Positions 42,170 to 57,239 of a stretch of DNA of 64,000 nucleotides are shown one piece after another. A program made the position numbers and the translations under genes. This DNA comes from Octopus vulgaris (taxonomy: Eukaryota), in NCBI GenBank assembly GCA_951406725.2, contig OX597836.1, positions 3,968,001 through 4,032,000 on the forward strand, given 5' to 3'. The notes under the pieces were generated by a model. It did no database searches and was not told the DNA's origin. It worked only from the letters and a program-made list of their open reading frames with translations. How positions within the stretch are numbered: the stretch's first letter is position 1; each line of letters begins with the position of its first letter.

Positions 42170-42810
42170 CGTGGGTGTGTGGTAAGAAGCTTGCTTTCAA
42201 ACCACGTGGTTCCGGTTCAGTCCCACTGCTTAGAACATTGGGTTGGTGTCATCCTCTATAGCCTGCGGCTGACGAAAGCCTTGTGAATGGATTTGTATGA
42301 CGGAAACTGAAAGAAACCAGTCATATATGTATGTGTGTGTGTGTGAGTGTGTATGTGTGTGTGTAATTGTGTGTGTCTGCGTTTGATTCCTGGTGGCACG
42401 TTGTGCCCCGGAGCAAGGTACTTTATTTCCCCTTCCCCCAGTTCACTCAGCTGTCAAAAATGAGTTATACCAGTATTTCTAAGTGCCGTCCTTGTAAAAT
42501 TCCGTGTCACACAGAATCTAACTCAGAACTACATTAAGGGAAAGCGTGTCTGTGGAATGCACAATAATTTCCCGAGAAGGCTCTTCCGTTGATCGAATCA
42601 ACTAGAAACTTCACCTTTGTAACCGGCGGGCCGCCAGCTGTTGCACACCCGCATACACACTCTCTTATACACACGCACCTTCGTTTTGGGATCACTACTA
42701 ATTTATTATCTCCCCTTCTTCCTAGCTCTCCCGTGTGACCCGTCTGTCCGGCATTCGCCATGATAGATCGCTAGCTACTACACATTCTATATTTTCTCTC
42801 CTTGTAATCA
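42170..42810 (+). mobile_element. Nested fragments: SINE A head, family C-like 3' part, family P2 fragment
   Basis: gtgtggtaagaagcttgc...; gatcgaatcaactagaaac; 42655-42810 matches 44200-44355. Confidence 0.65.
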
Positions 42811-43813
42811 GCCAAAGATGCTTTTAGTATCGCATTTGAGGACATATAGAAAATACTCCCGGAACTGGAAAAGATTTTCTTGCAGTAACCCTTCGGGCAA
42901 TGAAGTACCATCTTCGTCGTATCTTCTCACATCGACATTTCCCTTAGATCACAATCCTAGAATGCGATGACTGTTGTCGTTGCATTCTCTCTTATAGATT
43001 CTCTTCGTTCAATTTGTATTGTTTCTTTTACATTAGAATTAATGTTTGCAAAACTATAAGAATTCTTTTTTTACCTATTCTCATCATGTAACTGTTTATC
43101 GTGCAGCTGTTAACAGCGCAAATGTTTACGCTTGAAGCTGTGTCCGTCTGTCTGTTTAATGTTCCTACTGTCTGTCTCGCTTAAAAGTTTGAATTCGTGT
43201 TTGAAAACAATGGAGACGGATGTGTTTGTTTATATCGTCGAAGCTGTTGTTGCTATTACCTCCACCGTGACGGCGAGTATCTCTTCCTATTAACTTTGCA
43301 GCGGCCATATTGTTGCAGGAGCAATTATTGGAAATGGCATAGAGCAGCAATTAATACGGAGAAACAAAACAATGTCAAGACAAGCAGTTCTCCATCACAA
43401 GGAATTGGATGGATTTTTAAATAACCCGAAAGGCTTTCTTGATATTTTCAGAACGTCAAAGGGCAAAACAAACAAAAACTTGTTTGCAATGAGGAATAAT
43501 CGTGTTATAATCGACTTTCAGCTGAGGCTCCAAAGAAGGCTTCCGTTCGTTTGGATAGCAAGAAAATCAACAGCAACAACAACAACAGCAACATCAACTA
43601 TGATTCCGGGTTCAGTCCAAATGTATGGAACCTTGGCCAGTGTCTCCTACACTCTCACTCTCTCTCTCTCTCTGTCTCTCTGTCTCTCTCTCCAGCATAG
43701 GCAAATCCTTGAGAGTGGATATGGTAGACAGAAACTGAAAGAAGCCCTTCTCAGATGTATATGCATACATAGATACATACATAGATACATACATACATAC
43801 ATACATACATACA

Positions 43814-43893
<80 letters not shown>

Positions 43894-44199
43894 CTTGAAC
43901 GCAGTGGCATGGATGATACAGAGAATAGAATAAAAGTGTGTGTGTGTGTATATATATAACCTCTACCCCCACCCTCAGCGTAACCCACGTCCCACCCTTG
44001 CTCTCCCCACTCTCGCCTCCCCAACCTCCTAAAACCATCACACCACACCACACACCACTACACCATACACCACCATACTACACAACACATCACATCATAT
44101 CAAACCACCACGTACACACTAGCACTGACCACTTCCCAGCCCCACATTTTCACACCTACACATACACATCAAGGTCACTAGCCCTCTTCCACACACACA

Positions 44200-44500
44200 T
44201 ACAAACTCTCTTATAAACACGCACGCACACCTTTGGTTTGGGATCACCACTACTTTATTATCTCCCATTCTTCCTAGCTCTCCTGTGTGACCCTTCTGTC
44301 CAGCATTCGCCATGATAGATCGCTAGCCACTACATTCTTTATTTTCTCTCCTTGTTTCTTTCTGTGTTCCTTTCTATGGAAGAGCATAGGTTCGAAACGT
44401 TAAAGGCATTTTCACTCCCCGAGCATTGTTATACTAATACATCTGTTTGTTGTCTACACCACCTGTCTTAGCCTTTTGTTTTTTTTTGTGAATTCTCCAC
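44200..44500 (+). mobile_element. Penelope-like family P2 fragment
   Basis: ccttt-CTATGGA-A-GAGC-ATAG-GTTC-GAAACGTT-aaagg; terminus gtgaattctcc beside TA repeats. Confidence 0.6.
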
Positions 44501-45214
44501 TAATATATATATTAGTACATTATAAATAAATCAGAGCTGATGTCTTTCTGCCACCACCTATTCAAATATATTATGGCATTGCTATCTGACATGGCCATTC
44601 TCCTTGCACTACATTTTAAGATATTCACTGACCTCATGATATTTTCATGCTTTATAAATTACTATGAACTTTGTTGATTGCTGATAGAATGAGTAGAGAA
44701 AATATGCAGACTTCTTGTAGAATCACTTATTTTCACGAATCTTTTTTTCCATATATTTATTATTTTTTTTCCAAACGTCTGTGTCTATTTTGAAATACAT
44801 GTACCATTGTATCTCACTGTAAGATTTAATCACTATTTAGATGACAAGTGTATACTTAAACATTTAAACTGCGTATTTGTATACCTACGTGTATGCACAT
44901 TAATAATTCTATCCCTGTCACAAAATTCGAAGGTGATAATCAGAGTTGCAATGAATAAAATACAATTCTATTTCTTTTTCTTTTGAGTCTCATTTCTTCT
45001 ATTTGTTTGCAATTGTTTCATTAACCCTTCTTTGATATCTTAGGCACAGATCGATAGAAAGATCGATAGAAACATACGAAGACTTATTTACAGGTACATG
45101 GACATATAAATAAATAAACAATCGCATTACCTTTGATTTGTTTTCCAATTGGTAGAACATAGTTTTTTGTTTCTAGATATTTTATATTAAAATATTCACG
45201 AGTCATATGCTTAA

Positions 45215-45269
<55 letters not shown>

Positions 45270-45444
45270 AATGTGTCTCTGTATATGTTTATCCGTAATT
45301 AAAATTGACCCAGGCACATATTTACATACACATGTATACGTGTATTTATGTGTCGTCTTATGTATTCTGTACATTTGAACTATATATTATATGGCCACGG
45401 GTTCACAACACTTTGATCCTACCTGACTGAACTTTCTACATCTT

Positions 45445-45590
45445 CTTCCTTTATGTCATAGAGCCTAGGCTCGAAACGTAAAAGACTTTTCCATTTTCCA
45501 TTTTTCTTAAAGTTAAACTAATACACTTGCTTGTTGTTCCTACACCTATCTTCGTCTTTCCTTTTCTGTAAACCTGAACAAAACACCTCC
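45445..45590 (+). mobile_element. Penelope-like family P2 fragment
   Basis: gagcctaggctcgaaacgtaaaag...acacctatcttcgtcttt. Confidence 0.55.
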
Positions 45591-46254
45591 ACACATATAT
45601 ATATACACACACACACATATATAAATATACAAACATATATGTATGTATGTTTGTATTACAATATAATATACATATAATACATATGCAACTTAAATTAGAT
45701 ATATATGCATACACACACACACACATATATATATACATATATTTATTTTAAAAAAATAGGGAAAAATAATTATTCCAGGTTATCAGGATATTTACTATTT
45801 TACACATAACTAAACAGTATCATTTACAATATTATTACAAATTTGGGGGTTTACCAATATATATGTAGTAATACATATATACATTTATACACATACATGT
45901 ATAAATATATGTATATATATATACATATAATATATACATGCATAAATATGCCTATTCGTTTATATACGTATGTGTATTGGTTCGCTAGAATGCATGCGTT
46001 TAATGTATGTAGACATTGGAATGTGATGGATTTACTAAGATAATACTCTACTAAAAGAAAAACTTTACTGAAACAGAAAAAACAAAAAGTGGAATAAAAT
46101 AATGGCAAGTAACAACAAACAAAACAAATAACAATAAAAGGCAACAGCAATAATCGCAGCAACAATAAAAATACTAATAATGGTAATATATTAATATTAA
46201 TAATACTAGTAGTTGTAATGATAAGAATAATAGAAATAATAGGACTCGTGATGC

Positions 46255-46431
<177 letters not shown>

Positions 46432-47334
46432 TGCCACCACAATAAAAGAAACCCCAATCACGAGTCAAAAAACATTGTTGTAGAACACTCGCGTAAAAAG
46501 GTGCGAGTAATTTGAAAATTACTGTTGTGATTGAAAGAGCTTTTTAGCAAATGGACGTATTCTTGATTTCTGCCACTTTAGAGATTGCCTGAGTTTCATT
46601 GCCTGTTATACGTAGGCTTTTTTCGTTTGTTTGTTTGTTTGTTTTTATTTCATGTATAATGCGTATGTGTATGTGTGCAGTTGTGTTTGCATTTACACGA
46701 GGCATAGCGTGATCCTGTTGCAATGCCATGCAAGTGTTCACTTAACTATGAAATAAAACGTGGCGAAAGTACGCGAATAAAATGTTCAAATGTTTTGATT
46801 GATATTTTTCATCCTTTTTATTCTGTTTCTTATTTATAGTTCCCACTAATTTCCTTTATTTATGTATTATTTGTATTATTTTTCTTTATAATTTGTTATG
46901 TTTTTCTTCAAAATTATAGTTCTATATATATGTTATTTTTATAGGACTGTTGTTTTATGTTGGTGTTTCTTTTAGATATTTCATGGGAAATGAATGGAAA
47001 GTTCACCGAATAATTTACTTGAAAAATAAGAAAAAAATATTCTACAGATGTGATTCTAACTACGATAACGAAGAATAATTTTTAGATGCCGTGAATAGTT
47101 AGAAGAATCGGTAAATCGGTAAATTGAACGAAAGAGGGATTTTTACGATATTTAGGCAGCAGTCATATCCTTATATCCCAAGTTCAAGCCATACCAACTT
47201 GAATAATCTCATTTGTTCTTCTGCGGTTGAAAAAATAATGCCAAAGGAATTTTGGTGTGTTTTGTAACAATTCCGGGACCTAGATGGTGATTCTTTCTAC
47301 CGATACCAGACAACTCAATGAATGGTAAAATCTG

Positions 47335-47617
47335 GAGGAATAGCATTCTGATGGAAGAACACATTTCTTCTGGAAGCCAAAGACGGTCGTTTTTCTTCTC
47401 GCGCTGACTGAAGACGCTGAAGCTGCTCGCAGTAGATCTCGTTTGTTATCGTTTGGTTCGGGTTTAAGATTTCAAAGCGGACTAAGCTTTTCATATCCCA
47501 CCAAGCAGATAACAACACCTTACGTGGGTGAAATCCTTCTTTGCCCAGGGGTGCCTCCGTTTCTCCTTTCCCTACCCACTGTCTTTGAAGCTTGATATTC
47601 TTTTAGAGAACCCATTT
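47335..47617 (-). mobile_element. Mariner transposase internal fragment (pseudogene)
   Basis: KWVL*KN...FHPRKVLLSAWWDMKSLVRFEIL...YCEQLQRL...EKRP...FFHQNA, the canonical mariner catalytic-domain region. Confidence 0.92.
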
Positions 47618-48868
47618 CAATATTTAAAATATATATTTTTGAAATATTTTTTGAGGTGATTGGGTGTGCTAGATTCCCTTGTTCGAAAATATAAGGACAC
47701 AGATCATGTTCTATAGCCAGCTGGAGTCTATGTCTCTTGGGACTAAATTACAGCAACATTAGTCCTCAACCAGGACTGCCATGTTATGTTGGCAAACAAT
47801 CTTTACTTCGATAATATACTTGTTAGGAGAAAGGCCAGTAACAGAGACGCACAGACTACAAATGCACCGCATTTGCTTTTAGGTTTGAGTGAATTTTAAA
47901 ATATAATATGTAAAACTAAAATAAAGAAAGAGACAATCAAACAAACAGATTTACAGTTCACTTCCTACAGTTGCTTCCGACTTTCTATAAAAGTTTGTGG
48001 ATGGGTCCTGGTGTTTTTTTGGACCTTAATATAAACGGAAATGACAAATGTCCACTTTATGCATTCGCAATTGTATTATTAGGGGCTGGCATAGTGTACA
48101 ACAGATATTTACTATCCTACAGTCATATTCAGGGACTTACATATGATTCACGCAGATGTCTCTTTGAAGTTGTGATTCAGTTATCAGCGATAGTGCACAG
48201 ATCTTCAAGTTGTGATTCTCTTATTGTTGAGAGTATGTAGTACTTGAAATCTTATGGTTGCTAGTATGCAATGGTGGAGTCTATGATTCTCTTAGTTTTC
48301 ATAGAAAAAAATCACGATGTTAAATTATTTCCAGTCAAGTAGAACAACCACTACTTAAAAAGTCTTCTGTGATCAATACAAAAAATATAGAAGCAAATAT
48401 TTAAATTATTTCTTAAAAATATTCGGATGCATTATAAGGCTTCGCTATCTTTAATTTCTTATCTGCTATTTAATTAGCAGTTTTCTGCGTTTCTCAACGG
48501 TTCTTGGTTCTTTTCTAGAAAGTAATGGTAGAGAGGTGAGGATTAATACTTTCGGATAAATTCTTTAAGTTAATTTGTGGGTTAGTTGAATATTTTTGTT
48601 GTATCTATTTGAAAATATTCGTATGAGTCCATTTCGTTTCTTTTATATTTTGTTTGTGTGAATATATGAAATGATTTATGCGGTTTCTTATAAGTGTGTT
48701 TTTCTGAAGCCTTTGAGTTCAAGAGAATAGCAAGAAAATTATCTTTTTAACGGAAGAGTCAAATGTGATTGCTAAGCTTAATTTTTTAAAATAAGATTAA
48801 ATTTTTCTTTAATTCTTTCGACTATTTTATACATACGTACACGCATGCTTACACACACACACACACAC

Positions 48869-48918
<50 letters not shown>

Positions 48919-48952
48919 TACATTGACATATATACAGATATATATATATATA

Positions 48953-49021
<69 letters not shown>

Positions 49022-49025
<4 letters not shown>

Positions 49026-49225
49026 AGAGTTTACGAAAAAAAACAAAAGACGAAGACAGGTGGTGTACAAAACAAACGGATGTATTAGTATAACGCTCAG
49101 GAATAGAAAAAGATTTTTACGTTTCGAGCCTACACTCTTCTACAGAAAGGGAAACAGCAAAACAAGGAGAGAAACAAGGAGAGAGAAAAATGTGTGTAGT
49201 GGCTAACGACCTATCATGGCGACTG
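49022..49225 (-). mobile_element. Penelope-like family P2 fragment abutting (TA)n
   Basis: Reverse strand CTGTAGA-A-GAGT-GTAG-GCTC-GAAACGTA. Confidence 0.6.
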
Positions 49226-51004
49226 ATATGTATATACGTTTGTGTGTGTGTTGACTACTCATCTATAAAATATGTAGTATTTAAAGACTATCGTATCATA
49301 TGATCCTGGTACAAATTTGAATCATGTTTGCAGTAAGTCTTTCAAGTACAAAGACAAATGAATACGGAAACTGTGTCGAATCCTGTGCACGTAATCACAT
49401 AAAACTGATGCGTTGTCTTTATCTTTTCTGCTCCTTGTTTTATTCATTTGAATGTGGCCATGTTGAGCAACACCTTTGGAGGGTTTAGGCGGACAAATCG
49501 CGCTCCGTACGTATTTCTTTACAATCTCGTACTTATTGTTTTGGCCTGATTCGCCGAACTGTTATGTTATAAGGATTTAAACAAACCAGCTCTGGATGTC
49601 TGCCTGCTAACCGTTTGTTGGGGCAAATACAAGACGTACAAATATATACATATATATATATATGCATATTTTATTTATTTGCTTATTTTATTTTATTTAT
49701 TTGCTTATTTACTTACTTATACTTTCCCATTCCATCTTTAGTCTGTGTATGTGTGTCTTGTGTGTGTGTGTATGTGGGCTTATGTACTATACAGCTTGTT
49801 TCTGTGCCATATTTTGGGGGCCACACGTTTGATCAGACAGACCAAGAATCAACAGAAAACGTGAATGGAATAATAACACCCCTCCACTCCACCTCACTAC
49901 GCAACCTGACGACTAAAGAGAGAAAGAGAGAATAAAAAATGACTGTAAAGCGAGATTCTTAACCACACAGTCATGCCAGTGTCTACAATAATTATCTTTA
50001 TGCAAAACTCACTAATGGACGCCTTTTCCTCACTCAAATATAATAGAAGACAAGTGATTTTGAAGACAAGTGATTCAGCGATAGACGTGTATTTCTTCTG
50101 ATATCACACAATGTGAATCTAAACTTATGTGAATTGTTTTATAGAAGCAATTTAAGCTCTTTCTTCCTTGAAGCTAAAACTGAAAGGGTTTTAATATTAT
50201 TTTATAACTATCCATACACAATTCAGTTTCTGTGAGCTTGATTCCTTGTAGATGGCGCATTAGGACAGGTGATTTTATGGGCTTTAAATGTAATATATGG
50301 CGTACCACACTTTATTCAGCTCCACATTCCGAGTTGTAACTGATTTAGCGTTTTTGAATGGTGGTCATAATCAATTTTACGGTATACAAATGCAACGTGG
50401 CTCCTGGTTGCATTTGATAATGTACAATCTGTTGCAAGTATTCAAGTCAATTTTTTCTTACGATATAACCTCTTTTTCTCTCCACCAATTCAGCCGTTCG
50501 TGCTGAGTGACAATATTTGCCGTCCTTCCTGTTCTGACTCAGCCATAAAAATATATCGATATTTCACGTATATTCCCAAAACATTCTTTGAAATGGAAAA
50601 CAATTAATTGGAAATCAGCCGAGTGGGATTTGAACTGTAAACTAAAAATGATTTAATTAAATACTGCGAAGCACTTAGATCAGAAATATAGCAATTCTGT
50701 CATCCACCTGTGCAAGGACATCATTGAATGTTAGTTGATTATAGATGAATAATCGATAGAAATAACGTGTTAATTTTGAAGTCATTACATAAGGAAAAAG
50801 TCGACTAATAAAATACAAACATAAGTTTAAGCTCACACATATTCGTCTTTGACATATATGCTCACATACGCGAATGTATAGCTGCATGTATTCCTACATA
50901 CATACATACATATGGCATATATGTGTTTGTGTATGTGAGTGTGTGTGATTAATCTGAATATCAAAAGCCGTATAGTTTGTTTTGTAACGAGAACATTGCA
51001 CGCA

Positions 51005-51076
<72 letters not shown>

Positions 51077-51384
51077 CGGAGATGTACTTGCATAGCAAGT
51101 GACCTGATTTGAGATCGTGTGCTGGAACGAAAACAATTGCAGCGTGGAAGGTGTTTATAAGCCATTTAAAAATACACACAAAAAGTTAGATTCATTTCAA
51201 CTTTAAAATTTAATTTGCCGAAAGAAAATTTTGTACTGCATCACGGAATTTTGTCAAATGAAATTTAAATGTTTTATGAGGAGTTATGTTGTAGATGTCG
51301 AAAACAACCTCACCCATGCGTATAAAGCATGCGATCAGATACTTTTCTGTTATGTAAGGAGGTATTCTTGTGATTTGTCTATCA

Positions 51385-51780
51385 GGTTATCTTTTTATCT
51401 TTTACTTGTTTCTGTCATTATATTTGGCCCATGCTAGAGCACCGATTTGAATAATTTGTAATCGATAGAATCGAACGCTGTACATTTTTAAAGCCCGGTA
51501 TTTATGCTATCGGTCGCTTTTGTCCCCGAAGTTCAGGGGGAGGTAAACAAATCAACACCGGCGCTAAAGCGGTAGGTGGCCAAATATGGTCGCTGAGACC
51601 ATGTGCACACACACACGCAAAACACGCACGCACACACATACATGTAAACAACAGGCTTCTTTGAGTTACCGTCTACTAAATCTACTTTATTCCACCCGAA
51701 GCTATAGTAGAAGACATTTTTTTCCAGGTACCCCACAATAGGACTGAACCCGAAACCATGTGGTTGGGAAGCAAACTTAG
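51385..51780 (-). mobile_element. SINE family A, old copy
   Basis: tcttttacttgtttc...ccatgctagagcaccg...ggactgaacccgaaaccatgtggttgggaagc. Confidence 0.78.
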
Positions 51781-52110
51781 AGCTTTTGCAAGAAACGTCT
51801 ATTTTAATGAGATAGTACTGATGCCTATATTTTGAGTTATCGAATATACCGCAGAGAAAAAAGTTCAATTGATCTGTTTTTGAATCTCAAGGAAAACGTA
51901 GAGTCTTTCACTTTCGTCACAATTATTCATCTACATCAGATTTTTTATAACATTTTGGTTAAGTCCAAGTTGACACTAATGGAGCCGATCTTTGAAAAAA
52001 TGCGTGCAAAACAACATATATCTTTTTTTTTTATATCAATAATATATGTCCGTAATTTTTTGAAGAATTTATATTTTGAATTTAGCGTATTCGATTACTA
52101 TTTTCTGCAG

Positions 52111-52222
52111 GTCAAGATTAGACGCGGAGACTTCATTGCTATCTCGACGACCAGGATTTATTATGCAATAAGCAGGGAGGAAATAATAAATTTGCCGTTT
52201 AGATACGGAGAGGTTTCTGCAG
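52111..52222 (+). CDS. Candidate 112-nt coding exon (VKIRRGDFIAISTTRIYYAISREEIINLPFRYGEVSA), product unknown
   Basis: ttttctgcag acceptor, CAG|GTATAT donor, only one frame open, non-repetitive. Confidence 0.4.
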
Positions 52223-52850
52223 GTATATAAAGTAAATATATTATATACAAACAGGGATTTAGAGGGAATAAATATATTTCCCATCCATACGGGTGTTTAT
52301 GAAGTGTGTTCGTCTATGTGTATTTTAATGCATTTGTAAATATATATATACACACAGATACGAACAGATATACATACGTACGCAGACGTATATCTACGAG
52401 TGTACGCAGATTTATAGGTACGTCCAAGGACACAAGCACATGCTCATATATATGTGTATGTAGACATATTTATAGATCCATCGCAAAGGATAAATCATGC
52501 GCACACAGGTAAACATTCATGCGCATGGATATACATGTGTACGTCAGTACAGCACGTACGTTTAAGTTATTTATTCATATGCCAATAAAAACACGACTAG
52601 CATATCAAAAACATACAAATAAATACACACACACAAAAAAAAAAATATATATATATATATGTGTGTATGTGTGTGTGTGTGTGTACGTAGTATATATAAG
52701 CAAATTAAGTAAATATATGTTTGGTAGTGTGTATATATATATACTGATATATTTAAATATATAGGCAAATATTTGTATACCTATGTATATGTATAAATAA
52801 ATATAAATATAATGTATAGCTATATATCTATCAACGTATATATGTATGTA

Positions 52851-52889
<39 letters not shown>

Positions 52890-52965
52890 TATATACGACG
52901 TGTTTGTGTGCGTGTTGGTGTCTGGCTGTGTGTGCATTCGTTTACAAGAGACATATGTATGAATG

Positions 52966-53009
<44 letters not shown>

Positions 53010-53266
53010 TCGTCATGAATACACACTGAAACACACCTATAAATGCATGTGTCTGCATGCACGTACATGTGAGTGTGCGTATATATGCAGGTGTGCATGT
53101 GTGCATGCGCGTGTGTGTGCATGTGCATATGTGTATGCGTGTGTGTGTGTTTGTTCGTGTATGTGTGTGCATGCGTGTGTTTGTTTGTGTCTGTTTGTGT
53201 ATGTGCGTGTGCATTTGTGCGCATGTGTGTGTGTGCGTGTGTGTGTGTGTGCAAAGCTTCACAAAC

Positions 53267-53312
<46 letters not shown>

Positions 53313-53700
53313 AGTTGAGAAATCTCATAAATCGTAAAATATTCAAAGATCATTGCTAGATAAACCAGCTTTAAAACGCTGTTACTTTCCAAATGCAGGG
53401 ATTAACAGCAAAAGCAACAAAAGCATAAACCAAAAAGAATTCTAAAAGGAAAACAAACATGGAGATCCTAACATAAATAATCAAGTAATTTTTCCTCTTT
53501 CCCTTTCATTCTTCATTTTTCTTTCTCTATTTCTCTTTCTCATTTTTTCTTCTCAAAAATATTGTTCCCAGTTGTGTTTCTTTTCCTATTTCTCTTTACC
53601 CGCCATAAATTCAAGGTCAGCTGCATCTTTACGCTTGGCAAAGAGGTAATGACCAGATATGCTAGATATCTCATATCTCGAATATACATATATATATGTA

Positions 53701-53760
<60 letters not shown>

Positions 53761-53762
<2 letters not shown>

Positions 53763-53970
53763 GTTAATCCAAACTAGAAAGCACAAAAAAACACAACAAC
53801 GCGAGGACGTGGAACAAATATAGTATTATTGGACACTCAGGAAAGAAGGAGGGTATAACGTTTCGAGCGGAGCTCTTCGTCGGTAACATAGGAAAAGGAA
53901 AGATCCAGAGAAGGGAAGACAGAGGAAAAAAAAAAAAAATCGCGAACGGTACACACGCGGTCACATTTTG
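53761..53970 (-). mobile_element. Penelope-like family P1 fragment between (TA)n tracts
   Basis: Homologous to 25441-25650 with the same core. Confidence 0.6.
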
Positions 53971-53989
53971 ATATATATATATATATATA

Positions 53990-54433
53990 TCGCGGAACTC
54001 CGTCGGTTCCGACGACGAGAGCTCCAGTTGATCCGATCAACAGAATAGCCTGCTCGTGAAATTAACTTATAAGTGGACCAGCACTCCACAGCCACGGGTA
54101 TCCATAACGTACTTCTCGGGGAGATTCAGCGTGACACAGAATGTGAATAGGCTGGCCCTTTGAAATACAGGTGCAAAAGAAACAGGAAGAAAGAGTGAGA
54201 GAAAGTTATGGTGAAAGAGTTCAACAGAGTTGGCCACCACCCCTTGCCGGAGCCTCGTGGAGCTTTAAGTGCTTTCGCTCAAATAACACCCACAACGCCC
54301 GGTCTGGGAATTGATACCACGATTCTATGACCACGAGTCCGCTGGCCTTAACCACTGGGCCATAGCGCCTCCACAGCGTGGATCTCCTTCGGTTCCGACG
54401 AAGGAACAGCCTGCTCGTGAAATTAATGTGCAA

Positions 54434-54435
<2 letters not shown>
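53990..54435 (-). mobile_element. SINE family C, full copy plus an adjacent partial 3' end
   Basis: Matches 36217-36603; cagcctgctcgtgaaattaa occurs twice. Confidence 0.88.
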
Positions 54436-54494
<59 letters not shown>

Positions 54495-54499
<5 letters not shown>

Positions 54500-54820
54500 G
54501 AAAAATACAAACTGGGACAAGAACGTAAAACATTTAGAAGACACTACAAAAAACACGGACGGGATTTTCGAAGCCTTCAATCTTCAGTGAAGAACCGGAT
54601 CATCCTCGAAATTTCGGCTGATTAATCTTGAGATCGCTCCGATCCGGCCAGCCCCAAGGAAAAACTAAGCTACGAGCATTAGATTTCTTTGAAAAAGGAT
54701 CGAATGTATACGAAACAAGGACAGAAAAACGGACGATGCCACACGAATATAAATACAAAAATCAATTGTAGTAATAACAGGACAAAAACAGCGGGTGTCT
54801 TACGACTAATAGACATATAT
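54495..54820 (-). mobile_element. Unclassified, possibly Penelope-like repeat after (TA)n
   Basis: Reverse strand CTGAAGA-TT-GAA-GGC-TTC-GAAA motif. Confidence 0.4.
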
Positions 54821-54955
54821 ACACCTTCATAAATGCACATATATTGCATTTGAAAGTGTTATGAATGGTAAAGCCAAGTAGCTAAGTAAAAAGGAATCAA
54901 AAAATAAAAATATGTATATATGAAATTCTACAGAACAAGGAACGTAGAACCATAC

Positions 54956-55048
54956 CATTTGTAGCACCATGCCCACGATGCCATCGGCAGCAACGTCATG
55001 GCGTAGAACACAATGTCGCCCACACAGAAACAACTGACTCTCCCTATT
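54956..55048 (-). CDS. Candidate 93-nt exon, product unknown
   Basis: ttttattcttacatag acceptor, ATG|GTATGG donor, locally GC-rich, two open frames (NRESQLFLCGRHCVLRHDVAADGIVGMVLQM or ...MTLLPMASWAWCYK). Confidence 0.45.
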
Positions 55049-55273
55049 CTATGTAAGAATAAAATGTATGTCATCATAAAAAAAGTAATATTCCAAGAAA
55101 TGGTAAAACACATTCGTTGTAGTAGAACATGATTCTTTGGGAAATAAATCTAGATGACACGTGAAAATATCCGACTAAGTGATTTGTAATTGAAAATCAA
55201 TGAAGCGTACCACATCATATATACATATACTTTACATACATTAGCACACAGGCGAACATTTATATACATATGA

Positions 55274-55320
<47 letters not shown>

Positions 55321-55513
55321 CGTGTGTGTGTTTGTGTGTATTCATGAATGTGTGTGTATACGTATATGCATGTGTATATATATATATATACATACGTACA
55401 TATATATATATATATATCTAAAATATTTGTCTGCCTTTCTCTCTCCCACTCTCTCAGTCCTCTCTCTATAACTCTTTCTCTCTCTCTCTCTATATATATA
55501 TATATAGGTATAA

Positions 55514-55571
<58 letters not shown>

Positions 55572-55583
55572 TATATATATATA

Positions 55584-55614
<31 letters not shown>

Positions 55615-55718
55615 AAAGAAACAAGACGGAGAGACGTAATTTGAGACTGATATACTTGTATGTGTATCATTATATATGTTTATAGTCATACATACATGCG
55701 TACACACACACGTGTGTT

Positions 55719-55757
<39 letters not shown>

Positions 55758-56302
55758 GTGTGTGTGTGTGTGTCTGTGTTTGTGTAGGTACATACATAGA
55801 AACTCATATGCACACACACACACGCGCGAGCCGACATATATATATATTGAATGAATATACGTCTATATCGAGAATTATATCCAATCAATGAATATACACA
55901 GGTCCACACATATATATGTATTGTCTGTTTCCACCACACATCTTCTCACCGGTCATATTAATATCTGAAAATTGAATATAACATTTATTTTGAACTTAAA
56001 TGGCTGGAGTAGATAGATTTTTTGATGATATACCTTTTACACACCCACACACACACATATACGCATACACATGGACACACACACACAAACACAGACGGTT
56101 TGCTTTTACGAAAGAATCGATCATATACAGTGAAATAAGTACAAGAAAGAAGAAAACTGAAAATGTCATGTTTTCTTAACATAAAAACGTACCTTTGCAT
56201 AATTGTATTTACATAAATTCTAGAATTTAAGTGAGATCAGAATCTATGGAAGGTTATTGAACTTTTAGAAGCAAATCGTTCAGTATTGAACCTTCACATA
56301 TT

Positions 56303-56372
<70 letters not shown>

Positions 56373-56375
56373 GCT

Positions 56376-56447
<72 letters not shown>

Positions 56448-56493
56448 AATCTATCTATCTATCTATCTATTTATCTGTCTGTCTATCTGTCTG

Positions 56494-56530
<37 letters not shown>

Positions 56531-56619
56531 ATCTTCTATCTACTTTTAAATTTTATTCTATTTTACTCCTTATAACCTGTGAATTTCCCTGTCTTGAACT
56601 TTCGTACATACACTCCCTG

Positions 56620-56690
56620 CCTCTGAAGACGACATATCTATATATGCTAGCCTATCATTTAAGATATCTCCGAAACGGCTGTAGAACTTC
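56620..56690 (+). ncRNA. Hammerhead-ribozyme-like core, probably of Penelope-like origin
   Basis: CTGAAGA at 56623, stem II ATATCT/AGATAT, GAAAC-GGCT-GTA; stem I poor. Confidence 0.4.
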
Positions 56691-56795
56691 AAATTCACCT
56701 TATCTTAATTGAATTATTACAAATGACTTGAGATACTCGTCTTGCCTTAGTTTTTGTTGTCCTTTTCCTCTAATACACACACACACACATACACG

Positions 56796-56830
<35 letters not shown>

Positions 56831-57239
56831 CTGTACGTACATATACATTCACACGCACACACATACTCACATATATATACGCATAACATATACAGTCATA
56901 TCAGACGGAGAGTTTGTCGTGGTTATATTTGCATCTAATATAAATCTTGCGGATGCTCCAGGATGCAGCGTTAGTGATGTTTCTGGGGCCTAATGCGGTT
57001 TCGTGCCTTTCAACACCAGACCCCCTCTTCCTGTTGATCCAGCTGGGGTTAATCAAGTCCCAGCTTGCATGCCAATAGCACCGACCTACTGATTTGTCCC
57101 CTTCATCCAACGTCACGTAGTTGCCTTCCCAACAGCTTCAATAATGGAACATATCACCCGCCCCTTATTACGTATTTGTAATGCGTATTTGTTTCGCCTC
57201 TTAACACGTATTTGTTCGGCTGTATTTTCATTTTCTTTA

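Noticed and set aside
43372-43959. 195-aa ORF
   Set aside because: Runs through CAA repeats, a SINE fragment and microsatellites
52111-52222. TNF/C1q-like strand (IRRGDFIAI) linked to the TM-RTRR ORF
   Set aside because: Too short a resemblance, and no intervening exons were found
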